This document shows positions 23,933 through 37,764 of a stretch of DNA of 64,000 nucleotides, one piece after another. How positions within the stretch are numbered: the stretch's first letter is position 1; every line of letters begins with the position of its first letter. The notes below the pieces were generated by a model, which saw only the letters and a list, made by a program, of their open reading frames with translations, made no database searches and was not told where the DNA came from. The DNA comes from Octopus vulgaris (lineage: Eukaryota): the NCBI GenBank assembly GCA_951406725.2, contig OX597824.1:97464001-97528000 (forward strand), written 5' to 3'. The translations under genes were made by a program, and so were the position numbers.

Positions 23933-24097
23933 AGTGCGCCTACAAGAGTCAACAAACTTTTGCTTCTAATTCTGAAAAACAGTTAGCATTTATGGTACTG
24001 TATTCGATGGTTATATAGAAATGTATGCTCAATTCTAGAACCATTTGTCATTTTGGCCAAAATATTATGTATGTAGTAACATATCCGTGTCCATTGA

Positions 24098-24298
24098 GGC
24101 GGCGAGCTGAGAGGGTCGTTAGCACACCGAACAAACTGCTTAGCAGCATTCCATCCGTGTTTGCGCTCTGAGTTCAAATTCTGCAGAAATCGACTTTATC
24201 TTTTATATTTTCGGAAGTAGATAGATTTAGTACCAGTGGAATCTGGATTCGATACATCGACTTACCACTTCCTCCCATAATTTCTACTTTGAAACCAA
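24098..24298 (+). mobile_element. SINE family B
   Basis: GGCGGCGAGCTG...GTTAGCAC...CTGAGTTCAAATTC...GACTTT...AGTACCAGT. Confidence 0.8.
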
Positions 24299-24813
24299 TA
24301 TCTACGTGTGTTTCGCATGGCTGCACATGTCTTTCAGGATTCATTGAAGTATGTATATGCTGCGAATATTTAAGTTTTAAGTGTATATGTGTAGAAATAT
24401 TACAGAGATAGAAATAAACAGACGGATAGAGAGAGAAGGGAAGATATAGAATTCTGTGCGAGTCTTTGGTGACCCGACATGAATTAGGTCAGACTCTCTG
24501 ATCCGAAAATATCTATTTGCATAACAGAACATCTGCCTGTCTGAGTTAACCAGTAAATATACGCTTGGCCTTCTCGCTTCGCTTTCAGTGGGATATCCGA
24601 ACTGCAGATTATGAAATGAAGATTCACAACAAAGAACTAAATTTATATATCAAGCAGAGATACCTTTGCTTACTGTCTTCCGACACCCATTTCAGTCTAG
24701 CTTCCGGTTTAAGTCTCCGATATTAGCTCTGCATCATTTTTACCATACACTTCCGTCTCCCTCTCCCTCACACACACTCTCTTAATACGTGAATGCATGT
24801 ATCTATCCATCCA

Positions 24814-24865
<52 letters not shown>

Positions 24866-25653
24866 TGTCTATCTGTTTTCCTGTCTGTCTATGTATCTAC
24901 CTGTTTGTCTGTCTCTCTATCTGTCTTTGTTTGCCTGTCTATCCTTATATCTCCGTCGACGCAGTACAAACAAACTATAGAGAGAAAAATGTTCTATTCA
25001 CATGATAGCCCTCAACTTTAGATATCATCTCCTATATGTTAGACATGTTCGTGTGCGCGAATGCTCACGCGCATGTGTGTGTGCGCGCGCGTTGTGCGTT
25101 ACTATATTTGCCAGTTTTTTTTAGCTTTATCAGACGGTACAAAACTGATTGAAACTACTCAAGAATAGCAACATCGACAACGACAACAACCTCAACTAAT
25201 CCATTGTACAACAGACAAGACGACTCCTGTCTCGACTGTTCTAACCGTGATACGCGTCCATGTTTCTGCAACGTGTGCTGATACCATTTGCAATGTTACC
25301 GAAATGTTTCGCGGTTAAAAAGAACGAGAAGGCAGTCGTGCGTTAAAGACGGCTACTGATGAGGATTAGTGGAGTTAGGAATGGAACATCCAAAGGGAGT
25401 AAAGTAAATTAAATAAAGGAGATAAAGGTTGATTAGAGAAAGTGTATCGCATAAATAAAGACGGGTTTGAACCAGTGAGTGGACGACCTAATTAGAGAAT
25501 AAGAACCAAAGTTGCCAAAATCAAAAGAATAGAAATGAAGAAATAATAAGATTAAAGTTACTTTTATTAATGAAACCAGAATTATCAATTTGATATTCTT
25601 GGAGGAAATTAATGAAATAATTACACAAGGATTAAATGACATAATTACACATA

Positions 25654-25820
25654 GGCGCAGGCGTGGCTTTGTGGTAAGAAATTTGCTTCCCAGCGATATG
25701 GTCCTGTGTTCAGTCCCACTGCGTGGCACCTTGGGCAGTTATCTCCTACTATGGCGTTGGGCCGACCAAACCCTTGTGAGCAGATTTGGTGCATGGAAAC
25801 AAAGAAGCCCGTCGTATATG
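25654..25820 (+). mobile_element. SINE family A, 5' half
   Basis: GGCGCAGGCGTGGCT...TTCAGTCCCACTGCGTGGCACCTTGGGC...AAAGAAGCCCGTCGTATATG. Confidence 0.85.
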
Positions 25821-26061
25821 TTGCAGATGTTGGAATTCTAATGAAGGAGCCTTGGATCTAGGTTAGAAACCGGCTCTTTCTCTATTGGTCACAGATCTTG
25901 AAATAAAACTGAATGACATACATACATGCATGCATGCACGCGTACATATATGCATGCATACATACATACATACACATATACACTCATACATACATATATG
26001 CATACATACATGCATGCATACATTTACATACATATACACATGGATATGTCAGCGAGATTGT

Positions 26062-26205
26062 TTCGGTTTTCACCAACCAAATTCACTCAACAAGCTTTGG
26101 TCCGTCGGAGGTTAATGGTGAAGATGCTGGCCCAAAGTGCCTTGTTGTGCAACTGTACCCAAGACCACATGGCTGAGAAGCAAGATTCTCAGTTCCACAA
26201 TCATG
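26062..26205 (-). mobile_element. SINE family A, 5' half, degenerate
   Basis: TTCGGTTTTCACCAACCAAATTCACTCAACAAGCTTTGGTC...GAAGATGCTGGCCCAAAGTGCC. Confidence 0.55.
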
Positions 26206-26399
26206 TCTGTGTCTTTTTTAAAAAGGTAAGAATCAAAGGAAAGAATGTGCAGAAACTCTCAAAGGCTAAACTCAGACTTTGGGGTGAGTAAATTTCGAAC
26301 ACACAAAAAATGGAAAGATGTCAAGGAATGCTGATTATCGGTGAAGGTGGAGTATTGGGGAATGAGAGCGAAGGGATGTTGCTGGTAACGGAGGGACAA

Positions 26400-26690
26400 G
26401 TTACCTATGCCAGTGAAATATAGAAGATGTAGACAACTGTGTCTCGAAACGCTGGATATGTTCCACCAACGATGTCCACGGAAAATATTCGAAGTCGCCT
26501 TCAGAGAATGGATTACAAATGAGTAAATCCTTTTGTGAAGCAAATCTCACCTACTGCAAAACGTGAAGACGGTGAATGGATTTCGCCTGGCAGACCACGA
26601 TTAGTGGACAAAGGCTGAGGAGAGTATGGAAGTCTTGAGCAGAGTAGAGAGGAGAACTGTTGGAAGCTGGCAAAATTGAGGAGGAAATTA
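26400..26690 (+). pseudogene. RTE-clade LINE ORF fragment
   Basis: Frameshifted TYASEI*KM...LETLDMFHQRCPRKIFEVAFREWITNE*I matches the RTE post-RT motif (YGSETW...L..FH.RCLR.I..I.W...ITN.E). Confidence 0.65.
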
Positions 26691-27729
26691 AGATAGGAAA
26701 ACACCCACTGAGAATCGGGGAGAGTATCCATGCCTTTGGGAGCTGAACCTTACTGAATGGGTGAGAGCTGACTTATTTAATGGGTGAGAGTCGCCATATT
26801 TGTAACTAACTTTGTTTTTGCACTCCAATGAAGGTTTTTCTCCGTGTTCCCTCAGCTTACGGAAAAAGCAACCGAGCTCTCTAAAATCACACACCTAAGT
26901 CTGATAAAAGGAAGGACATATTGAATATGGAATAATGTACATAGGTACAACTAAGATTAAAAAAACACTGAACAAAAACAACAAAAGCAACAAATTGCTA
27001 TTTTCGTTTTTGTTCATTTTTCTCCTTTTCCATCCTCTTTTTTATTCTCTTTCCTAAATCCTCAATTCCAAACAGTTTCTTGTAAAAGCTTTCCACATTT
27101 CTAATAAATATAATTATCCCCATGCGATATCTTCGTTCTTTATTTCCTATTCTCTCTTCTCTTTGACTCTGTTCTCCTCTACAAGTTATATAATATACAA
27201 TAAATGAAATATGAAATGTTGCACGTTTAAAGCAGCAATTCTAAGAATCTTACAACCAACCAAAGGTAGTGATTTCTTAGAGAGAGAGTAAGGAATGCCA
27301 CATATTATCAATATTTACAGGCTAGATACGTATCATTTAATTATATACCTACATGTACACGAATATCTGCGTACATAATATCAGTTTACAGGTGCTTACA
27401 CATACATATGTACATATTCAGAACTAAATATACACATGTAGGCTACACATGTGTGTATCTGAGATTGTGCGTGAGTAGATATCTGCATGTATGTTGTGTA
27501 TGCATGTCTGTGGGGAATCGAAACAGATATGTGCGTATGTGTCATATAGGTTGCGTTTGTGATATGTGTGTGTGTGAAAGTGAGAGAGGTGGGGAGACAA
27601 GGAGGTATGTAACATATTTTATTTTATTTTATTTTGACATAAAATTCAATCTAATATTTTAAAGCAAATGCCGCACAGGTGAACCAGACTCAAACTCACT
27701 TATTTGGTTATAGATTTCATCAGTTGATT

Positions 27730-27997
27730 TACATACATGTATATACGTATGTATATACATACATACATACACATACATACATACATAAATACATACATAC
27801 TAGCATGCTGTTATGTATGAATGTGTATATGTGTAATATATATAGATATATGTGTAACCATATATATATATATATATATATTATTATATTATATTGTTCC
27901 GCGAAGATAAGATCAACAAAGCATTAATCCACATTAAACAACACATATACATATTTATATATATGTATGTATATATATAAATGTATATATATATATA

Positions 27998-28033
<36 letters not shown>

Positions 28034-28071
28034 CACAGATATATATATGTATACACACACACACATATATA

Positions 28072-28119
<48 letters not shown>

Positions 28120-28264
28120 TATATATATGTATACACACACACACATATATATGTGTGTGTGTGTGTGTGTGTTATATATATATATATATATTTTAGTATA
28201 TTTTATTATATTATTTTGTTCCGTGAAGATAAGATCAACAAAACAGTACTGCATATTTTATGTA

Positions 28265-28333
<69 letters not shown>

Positions 28334-28335
28334 TA
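27730..28335. repeat. Compound TA/CA/TG tract with duplicated unique spacers
   Basis: TTATTATATTATWTTGTTCCGYGAAGATAAGATCAACAAA occurs at ~27881 and ~28203. Confidence 0.85.
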
Positions 28336-28337
28336 TA

Positions 28338-28668
28338 GGTGCAGGAGCGGCTATGTGGTGAGAAACATGCTTCCCACCACATGGTTTTGGGTTCAGTCCT
28401 GTTACGTGGCACCTTGGGTAAGTGTCATCTATTAAAGCCTCGTGCCTATTACAGCCTTGTGAGTGGATTTGGTTGACAAAAAGTGAAAGGAGCCTGTCGT
28501 ATATATATATATATATTTGTGTGTTTATATCCCACTGTCACTTGCCAACCGATGTTGGTGTGTTTAGGTCCCTGTAACTTAGTGGTTTGGAAAAAAGAGA
28601 TCGATTTGATCGACTAAAGGCGGTGCTCCAGCAATACCGTAGTCAAATGACTGAATCAAATAAAAGAA
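28338..28668 (+). mobile_element. SINE family A
   Basis: Head, body and 3' GGCGGTGCTCCAGC...AAATGACTGAA are all present. Confidence 0.85.
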
Positions 28669-28669
28669 T

Positions 28670-28700
<31 letters not shown>

Positions 28701-29050
28701 CATACATACATACATACATACATACATACATACATACATACATAATATACACACACACTCACACACATAGACAAACGCACTTACGTGTATGGGATACGGC
28801 TAAGTGTAAGAGACATTCGGAAATATAGTTGAGTCAGGTATTGAAATAAAATATGCACAGTGTTTGTAATATAGTGCGAAACGATACAGAGGACAAAATG
28901 CGTAAAATGTAGGATATCGATTTTATGCACGACATTTCGGTGGCTGAATGTGTATGGAAACAAACGGAACGTCATAAAAATCTAGAAACAAATGAAACGC
29001 CATAAAAACCAGTTTGCTGACGATTTTTGTAATAAATGTGTAATATATAT

Positions 29051-29435
29051 GCGCAGACATGGCTGTGGGAAAAGAAGTTCACCAACCACATGGTTCCGGG
29101 TTCAGTCCCACTGCATGCTACCTTGGGCACGTGTTTTCTACTATAGCTTCAGGCCTACCAAAGCCTAGTGAGTGGATTTGGTAGACGGAAACTGAAAGAA
29201 GCCCGTCGTATACATATAATGTGTGTGTGTTTGTTTGTGTGCATTTGTGTCAGTGTTTGTCCTCCACAGGTGTTGGTGTGCTTACGTCACCACAACAGTT
29301 CGACAAAACGAAACCGATAGAATAAATACCAGGCTTTACAAAAATCAATAAGAAATGGATGGGGTCGATTCGAGCGACTAAAATTCTTCAAGAAGGTACT
29401 CCAGCATGGCCGCAGTTTGATGACTGAAACAAGTT
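29051..29435 (+). mobile_element. SINE family A
   Basis: CCACATGGTTCCGGGTTCAGTCCCACTGC...GTGGATTTGGTAGACGGAAACTGAAAGAAGCCCGTCG...CCAGCATGGCCGCAG..TGACTGAAACAAG. Confidence 0.88.
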
Positions 29436-29961
29436 AATGATAAACGGTAAAATAGGGGAACCATTATTATTGTAATAGTTCATTCGTCCGAGACGGCTTT
29501 GAAATAAAATTTTACGATCAATATCTTATATGAAAGACTCGTGCAATGAACCAGACCCTTGCATTCTATCATCTGTCTGAACTCATTTAAATATAGACGA
29601 CACATTTTATAATGTAAGTAAAATTTTATAATGAAAGTAAAATTGAAAAACTGATTACGCCTACGATGCGATTGCAGAACCAACCTGTAACTATGCAAAC
29701 GAACAAATTATAGTTTTCTATTGGTCAGAATGTGATTTAATTTTTTTTTTTCTTTATGAGTCTGTTATTTCTAATCGGTTAAGTTGGCGAACGTAGAACT
29801 TCATCCGTTGTCGTGATTGCTTAGAGGGAGGTCAAGAAATACATCGGTGCCAAAAATAAAGTGGCGAATGTAAAATGAAACTCGAAGAGGAATGTGCTGA
29901 CACATTGAGGTCCGTGCTTTTCCCTTGACCTCCGTGACACACTGGCAGATACGTAAATATA

Positions 29962-29994
<33 letters not shown>

Positions 29995-31122
29995 GTGTTG
30001 CGTTATATTTATGTGTGACTCTTTGCGTACATTGTTGTCCTATCTGAGTAGATGTCTCATTAATATCTGTGCAAAAGTAGCTCATATCTACTTCATTTGG
30101 TCATTGTTTAGAATGTTCTCTTATCTTATATGACACATTAATTTTGAGCGCTGCCTCATATTTACCTGAGTGGCACACTAAGAGATGCATTATATCTACA
30201 GAGGTGGCACACTGACTGCAGAGTTCTGTTATGTCTATCGTGGGTCATAACGGGTTTGGAGCGGCGTTATATCTACCTAGGTGGCACACTGAGATGGTAC
30301 ACAGGCATCTGTGCCATCTCATAGCCACCTCTATAACACCATCTGTCTAAAACGGGATATTCCATTCACTTCTCCCAACGACCAAACTGTTGCATTCCTT
30401 GATTCTAGAACCGTTCTTGTGGATGCACACCCTCATCAGCCTCACTAAGATTCCATATTTTAGCCAAAATATCTTTCGAATATACAGACAACCTTCACCT
30501 TTTAATAAATGTTTATTCGTTGCAGAGTTATTTTCTGTATTGAGAAACAATTGTGATGTTATTGTCGGATGGAAGAGGTGTTGATGTAAAGGGGTAGCGT
30601 GGTCCGATCGGTGGGGTGGTTTCTATAGGATGGAAACTAATTACAATGCTGTCCCCAACACTGACCTGTGGAGAGGGTGGATACAGGGTGAGAGAGAGGG
30701 AGGAGAGAGAGAGAGACAATATTTGTGGGGTGGTGTGGTGAGATTTTCTATCAGACATTTCCATCGATATAAACAAAAACAAAATGGCTCCCCACGCAGG
30801 AAATATACCTGTGTATACATGGTTAGTCGACTTTGAGAAGAAAATAATAGAATAGTGCGATAAGAGAACAAAAGAAGAACGCCATCACCTACACCTTCTC
30901 CACCACCACCCCCTAACAATAAACAACAAAGAATGAAAGAATATGATAATCACAACGAAAGAATTGGTTAGTAATATGAAGCTATCGATAAGAAACAGAC
31001 CAGAATTATCTCCATGTTATAAGATTTGTTTCAATAACAACTTTTATTCTTTCTCCAAATTCGTGTTTTTTCTTCAAAGAATCTGAGTCTATGGGAATAT
31101 ATGTATACCTGTGTGTATCTAC

Positions 31123-31173
<51 letters not shown>

Positions 31174-32326
31174 CACACATGAACGAAATAATGCCTTGTC
31201 ATCGAAATTCACAAACCTAACTATACCGACACACGCACACTCTACACACATAAATATTTGCGTAAACTCCTGGCTTTATATATGCAGGACTGTGTCAGCG
31301 TGTATATAGGTGTGTCAGCAGATATATTTTTTACGGATACAAAGAGAAATATAATGGCGTATACATGATTTGAATATGTTTTTGCATACGAGTGTACGCA
31401 TATATATATATACACATAAACATATGTATATAGCCATACATATGCATACATATTCATTCATATGTAATATAAATATAGGTATATATATATGTGTATGTTT
31501 ATGAATATGTATGTATGCATGTACATATATCTCTATATATTTATATATAATTATGTCTGTGTATTTGTCTATCTTTATACACACAAACATATAGATAGAT
31601 AGATAGATAGAAAGATGGGGAGAGAGAGAGAAAACAGCATTTTCTTTCATGTAAATTTCATTAAATACACGAATACACGACTGGTCAAAATTTATCGTCT
31701 TATCTTAGATTTTTTAATATTTTCGTATTAGCTTTTTACAGATGGTTTGAAACAATAGAATTCTTAGACAAATATGCGAAGTTGCAAGACTTACGCATTA
31801 TCATTTTCAAGAATTTTATTATGTTTAGTTTCTATACTGCGACTCATATACAGAGTGAAAACCTGAAGACTTTCCCACAAATGGTTTTTAGGGCATCAGT
31901 ATCACTGACATGCAGCAAGTGATCTGCTAGTCGCGGCCAAATTTTGATCATTAGATTTTTCAAAAACGCTTTTTTTTAAACATCAGTAGCCGTGTTTTAA
32001 TCTTTTCGATGTGTGAATTTGCGTAATAATTATGGGATTTCGATATGGACTACGTTTTCCCTAATTTCTCTTCTATTTTTGTGTGGAATTTTATAATGTA
32101 TGTATCATCTTGTGGCGTGAGGTGTTGCAAGTGAAGGACGAGCCTATGTCAGAGTGTTTTACTGGTTCATCCAATGTAACAGTTGGTTTCCTGAAGTTTG
32201 CAACTTTTGGAGAAACGGTCTAATTAATAGATCACGTTGGTCATCCGATGTTTGGTTCACAGCACGCATGTGTGTTACGCTTTACTGATGTTAGTTAAGG
32301 TGTTCGTAGGTCACACACACACATAT

Positions 32327-32504
32327 TCTTTTATTCGTTTCAGTCATCTGACTGCAGCCATGCCGGAGAAACGCCTTGAACGGTTTCAGTCGAACAAACT
32401 GACCCCGTGACTAATTTGTTTAAAGCCTAGTACTTATTTATCGGTTTCTTTGCCGAACCGCTACATCCAAGGAACGTAAACACACCAACACCAGTTGTCA
32501 AACG
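32327..32504 (-). mobile_element. SINE family A, 3' half
   Basis: TTTCAGTCATCTGACTGCAGCCATGC...TAGTACTTATT...TTGCCGAACCGCTA. Confidence 0.75.
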
Positions 32505-32944
32505 GGGTTTTTATCACCTTTAGTCTTTATGTTGGAGCGGGTTCTCGTTTTTTCATTTAGAAAAAGAGATATTTGAACCCGAAAATCCGAGAGCCGAAAC
32601 AGATCCCACATGACATGCCATCAAAGTCTCTAGCATTCAGCAGATACTTTGTTTCACAACCTCGAAAATATCAAAACTTGAACACAGAGCGCAAGATTTT
32701 GAACAAATAGTCAGATATTCCATTTGACTCCCTTATACTTGTAAGAATTATGTATGTATTAATGTATGTGTATAATGTGTGTGTATGTATGTGTATGTGC
32801 GTGTGTGTGTACATGCATATGAATGTACGTATGGGAGCGATAGATTAAAGAAACGCGCGTATACGTATGAAGAGATGAAAGGCCCTTCGCCAGACATAGG
32901 TTCGTAATGACGGTTTTCCAGATTCTGAGACGTATGTATATTCG

Positions 32945-33092
32945 CTGGCCGGGTGGGAGGCCACCTGAGTGGAATGGAACAACGTGAAATTAAGTGTTTT
33001 GTCCAAGAACATATCGCATCGCGCGGTGCAGGAGTCGAAACAATGATCCTATGGTCATGAATGCAACAGCTTTACCGCTAATCCACGCTCCT
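32945..33092 (-). mobile_element. SINE family C (tRNA head plus CORE-like block)
   Basis: CTGAGTGGAATGGAACAACGTGAAATTAAGTGTTTTGTCCAAGAACA...GGAGTCGAAAC is the reverse complement of the copy at 35226. Confidence 0.6.
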
Positions 33093-35225
33093 CCGCTATA
33101 CATGCATATACGCACGTGTATTCATACCTACATAAAGAAAGAAAGGAAGAAAGAGCAAAGAAAAAGAAAGAAGCCAGTGTTAGATATATGCTTATGTATG
33201 TAGGTCTGTGTTTATGTATGATACAGGTGCATGTATTCGCCTGTGCAGACATTTGCAGTTGAGATATGTTACTCTAGAAAGACACCAGAGAAGCCGACAC
33301 GCAGTACGAATTGCACACAAACGCACGCATACACGAAACAAACTCAACATTCATATATATATATCTATATATATATACACGCAAGCGCATTTATTTATAT
33401 ATATATATATATAACAAATATATATATAACAAATATATATATACTTATATATGCACGTATATGTTTCATTGCGTAATTTACAATATAAAAAATGTATGTG
33501 TACTATTTACGAAAACAATGACCCAATCCCACAATCGGGAATGTCAGAGAAAAGAAAATTGCTGATATAAATAAAATAACACACACACATACACGCACGC
33601 ACACACGTTCACATAAGCACCTATATACACACTTGTACACACGCACTCATACACATTCACGTACACACTCACACACAAGCACTCATGTACACACTCGTTC
33701 TCACACATACAAACCAAAATCTAATTAATATTATGTTTCTGATTTATCTCCTCTACAAGAATTTTTTCCAGATTATTATTCTTGTATTACGTTATACTTG
33801 TATACATGACGTTTGATAATGTAGCTAACTAGTAAATCAACTGGTTTTCAGTTCGATTACCCTGCACAGCACCTCAGATAATTATGTTGTTATAGATACC
33901 CGTAGATCAAAGCCTTTTGGAAACGGAAACTGTAAGGAATGTCCTAAATCCATTTCAGAGGGACAATCTCTTGGTGTTACATCATAGTTTTCACCTGGCC
34001 CTTGGGCGCTTTTAATGAAATCCACTACGCTGCTAGAATTTATCCTTCGATTAGTTTAACACAATCTCATGGCTCTTTGGTTGTCTTTGGTGAGGTGTAA
34101 TCTATGAAAATTTTCCTCTGCTTGACGAGGACTTCCTCCCCACAGCCTCAGGATTTTTTTTACATGCTCACAGAACTCGTTCTTTCACTTCTGACCAAAT
34201 CATAAAAGAGTATCGTGGTTATACTCTCAGTTTCGTTGTTCTTTTATTAATTCCAAGACACAAGACACCGGCCATGCTGAGATACTGCCTTTAGTAATAT
34301 TTTGTCGATTATACCAAACAAGGAGAGATGATGGAGTATCTAAATTATCTGCGGGAGAAAGATGGAAGGAGAAATCTGCTTCCTAATGATAAGATGGGGC
34401 CAGATTTTGTGGAACACTTAGAAGACACTCCGCTTGGCAAAACAGAGGAAACAGTTTGTCAAGAACTGCATCTTAACTGGACTCTTTGGGTGGATTCTTG
34501 TACAACGCTCAGAATCCTGGCGTAACTTTCGTGAGTCATACATTCCTATACCAAGTACAAAAGGTTATCCAATTAACTGGTGGACTCATTCTCTTGTTGA
34601 ACGGATGGTTCTCACTTGATGATACTGATGTTACGATCGTTTCTGTGAACGGTCATTTTGTTTTTATTCTATAGCTATATGTAATACGAAGAAAATAAAA
34701 TAAAATTATATAACTATTATTGCTCGTTCTCCTCATCGGACATCATTTTTTGACATAGTAGACTTGGTAAAAATAAATATGTAATGGAATACATATGTAC
34801 AACACTTCTTAGAAGGGTTATTAATCTAGATAGGAACTGTTCCTTATGCAGTTGTGATGGAGGCTCATTACATATGTGCACTAATATAGATTTTTTTTTT
34901 ACGGAACCTATATAAATGTGTAAATATACACAAGCCAATGTAGACGTGTGTTGTAATACATATTTACATTTTTACATTGCATTTATTTACTCATTTAAAT
35001 TGCTTCTGTTAACTATTGTATCACGGTACATTTATCTGATTATTCTATATCTCAGGTAAGCAGCTCCTATTAAACGTCTCTAATGCAATTACCTCCCAGC
35101 GAGCTCACTGAAATTATGCAAATCTGAACTACCAGTTCGCTTGTATTACCATATTTGGTGAGCTTATAATGTCGATTATTTCTCTAGTGTCGGAGTAAAG
35201 ATTACCCGGTATATGAAGAAGCATA

Positions 35226-35480
35226 GGCGCATGGTCGAGTGCTTAGGCTGTAAGCACTAGACTATGATCGTAAGCACAGGGTTTCGATTCCCTGACCGAA
35301 CAGTTGCGTTGTGTTCTGCAAAATGCTTCATATCACGTTGCTCCAGTTCCCTCAGCTGTAAATGAATTCCAGCGAAAGCAGGAAAAATTAACCCTGCAAC
35401 AGTCAAGCGTCCAGTTCATGGAGACTGTTGGAATCTCAGTTACTTACGCGCCACAGTTTGACTGCACCAACGGTGTATCC
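35226..35480 (+). mobile_element. SINE family C (tRNA head plus CORE-like block)
   Basis: GGCGCATGGTCGAGTG (A-box-like), GGTTTCGATTCC (B-box), then GTTGTGTTC...TCACGTTGCTCCAGT.CCTCAGCTG. Confidence 0.6.
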
Positions 35481-36322
35481 TGGTATTCCTGCGATTTGAC
35501 TGTCATTTCTGTTAGGTCGAGAGACTAGGGAGGATTTCTTTCACTAGATCAAATATGTGTGCGAGCGATTGTATGTGTGAGTGGGATTGTGTGGTGTGTG
35601 TTTGCGTCTGCGTCTGAGACTACATGTGCTTGCATGCGTGTGTGTGTGTGTGTTTGTGCATGTATGTTTGACAAATGGAAAATTATATTTAATAGAAAAA
35701 AATCAAATGAAAATACAAAAATCGGAATAAGTTAAATTTTTGAAGAAGACAGAACGGGAAGTATGAATACATACGGGCACTTATGAATCTATACATACAT
35801 GTGTACACACAAAGACGCACGCGTGCACACACAAACGCACATATATTCTTACACACACATGCGTATACATATGCGTATACATAAATAAATAAACACTAAT
35901 ATACATATATACATATGTATATATATGTGTATATACATACACATAATTACATACATCCATATGTACAGATAGATAAATAGACACGTGTGTGTGTGTTGGT
36001 GTGTATATATATATATCATTGAATTCGCTGCAACATTAATGTAAACAAAATATATAAGAATATAAACTATAAACTTCATGATTCAAGAAGTGAACAATAG
36101 ATGATTAATATTCAACATGGCCGCAGGTAGAGCTAGATATCACATCATTGTAGGACAGCCGCTCTATCATAACCAGTGTCACGTTGATATTGTTTATTCA
36201 CTTCCACTGTGTAACAATTGACAACGAGAGTTGTATGACTCAGGAGGATTGTACGGCATAGAACATGAGTAGTACTGCTGTGGTTTCAATCTTAGCCTGA
36301 TATTTATATATACACATATCAA

Positions 36323-36544
36323 GGCGGCGAGCTGGCAAAACCGTTAGCACGCCGGCCGAAATGCTTAGCCGTATTTCGTCTGCCGGTACATTCTGAGTTC
36401 AAATTCCGCCAGATCGACTTTGATTTTCATCCTTTCGGGGTCGATAAACTAAGTACGCACTGGGGTCGATGTAATCGACTTAATTCGTTTGTCTGTCCTT
36501 GTTAGTCCCCTTTATGTTTAGCCCCTTGTCGGTAATAAAGAAAC
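36323..36544 (+). mobile_element. SINE family B, full length
   Basis: Closely matches 243-471 along its length. Confidence 0.9.
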
Positions 36545-36637
36545 TTAAAATTATATATACACATATATATGTACATGCATACATACATATATATATACAT
36601 ATATAAATATATATATATATATATATGCGCACAATAT

Positions 36638-36813
36638 ATCGCTTGACAACCGATCCTGGTGTGTTTACGTCCCCGTAACTTAGCGGTTCGGCAAAAGAGA
36701 CCGATAGAATAAGTACGAGGTTTACAAAGAATAAGTCCTGGGATCGATTTGCTCGACTAAAGGCGGTGATCCAGCATGGCCACAGTCAAATGACTGAAAC
36801 AAGTAAAATAGTA
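36638..36813 (+). mobile_element. SINE family A, 3' half
   Basis: ATCGCTTGACAACCGAT...CCCCGTAACTTAGCGGTTCGGCAAAAGAGACCGATAGAATAAGTAC...ATGACTGAAACAAGTAAAA. Confidence 0.9.
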
Positions 36814-36869
36814 TATATATATATATATATATAAAATATGAATTAGAGATAAAACCACTATTAGGCAAC

Positions 36870-37715
36870 TACCATGCAAACGTCCTTAAAGGTGGATCCG
36901 ACCCATCGTGCGGAAAATTCACAGAGACAATTGATCATGTTGTTTCTGGCTGCCCAGTCCTCGCTGAAAAGGAGAACCTCATAAGACATGACAGGCTAGG
37001 GCAGTACATCCACTGGAATGCTTGTAAATAGTACAAAATTAAATCCCATGATAAGTGGTACAGGCATCATCCAGAGGATCTAGTAAATGACGAGGGCGTC
37101 ACCATTCTTTGGAACTTCCCAACACAGACAAAAGAATTGACCTCAATCGATCAGACATTGTGATTAGGGACACACAACAGAGGAACTTGTCTGTTAGTAG
37201 ATACGTCTGTCCCACAAGATCAAAAAGTCTCGAGAAAAGAATATGAAAAGCTTTCTTACTATAAAATCTGCAAATTGAAATCACAAAAATGTGGAAGCTT
37301 AGTACTACGATAATACCAGTAGTAATTGGTTCGGTGGAAATGATGAAGAAGGGAGCTGAGAAATATATTAAGCAACTCCCTGGTAACTCCAGTCTCCATG
37401 AACTACAAAAGATATCCTTGATGGGTCCAGCCCATAATACTACTGAAAACACTCTCCATCTAAAATGGAACAAATGTGGTGACATCTTTAGCATGCATAG
37501 CAAAACGAAAGTGCCCCTGCTAGTCTTGGCCTCCGGAGGATGCCCGGTACTAAAGTAGATGAAAAAGTTATAATGAAAGGAAACCATAAAAACAACAATA
37601 TTAATTGTACCCAGTGTCACTTTGCTCTCTCAATAATAATTATAAATATAATAATAATAATAATAATAATTATAATAATAATTATAGAAATAATAATAAT
37701 AATAATAATGATAAT

Positions 37716-37762
<47 letters not shown>
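36870..37762 (+). mobile_element. Dong/R4-clade non-LTR retrotransposon 3' fragment (CCHC knuckle plus restriction-like endonuclease) ending in (TAA)n
   Basis: SCGKFTETIDHVVSGCPVLA...RHD..GQYIHW...TILWNFP...NRSDIVI...MWKLSTTIIPVVIGS...LHELQKISLMG, with stops and frameshifts. (TAA)n at 37632-37762. Confidence 0.88.

Positions 37763-37764
<2 letters not shown>

Noticed and set aside
25350-25395. CTGATGAG motif (also 21555, 17302 minus, 30433 minus)
   Set aside because: No correctly placed helix II plus GAAA and no helix I pairing.
30146-30295. Repeat-spacer pattern resembling a CRISPR array
   Set aside because: Only 3-4 degenerate repeats with irregular spacers, eukaryotic context and no cas genes.
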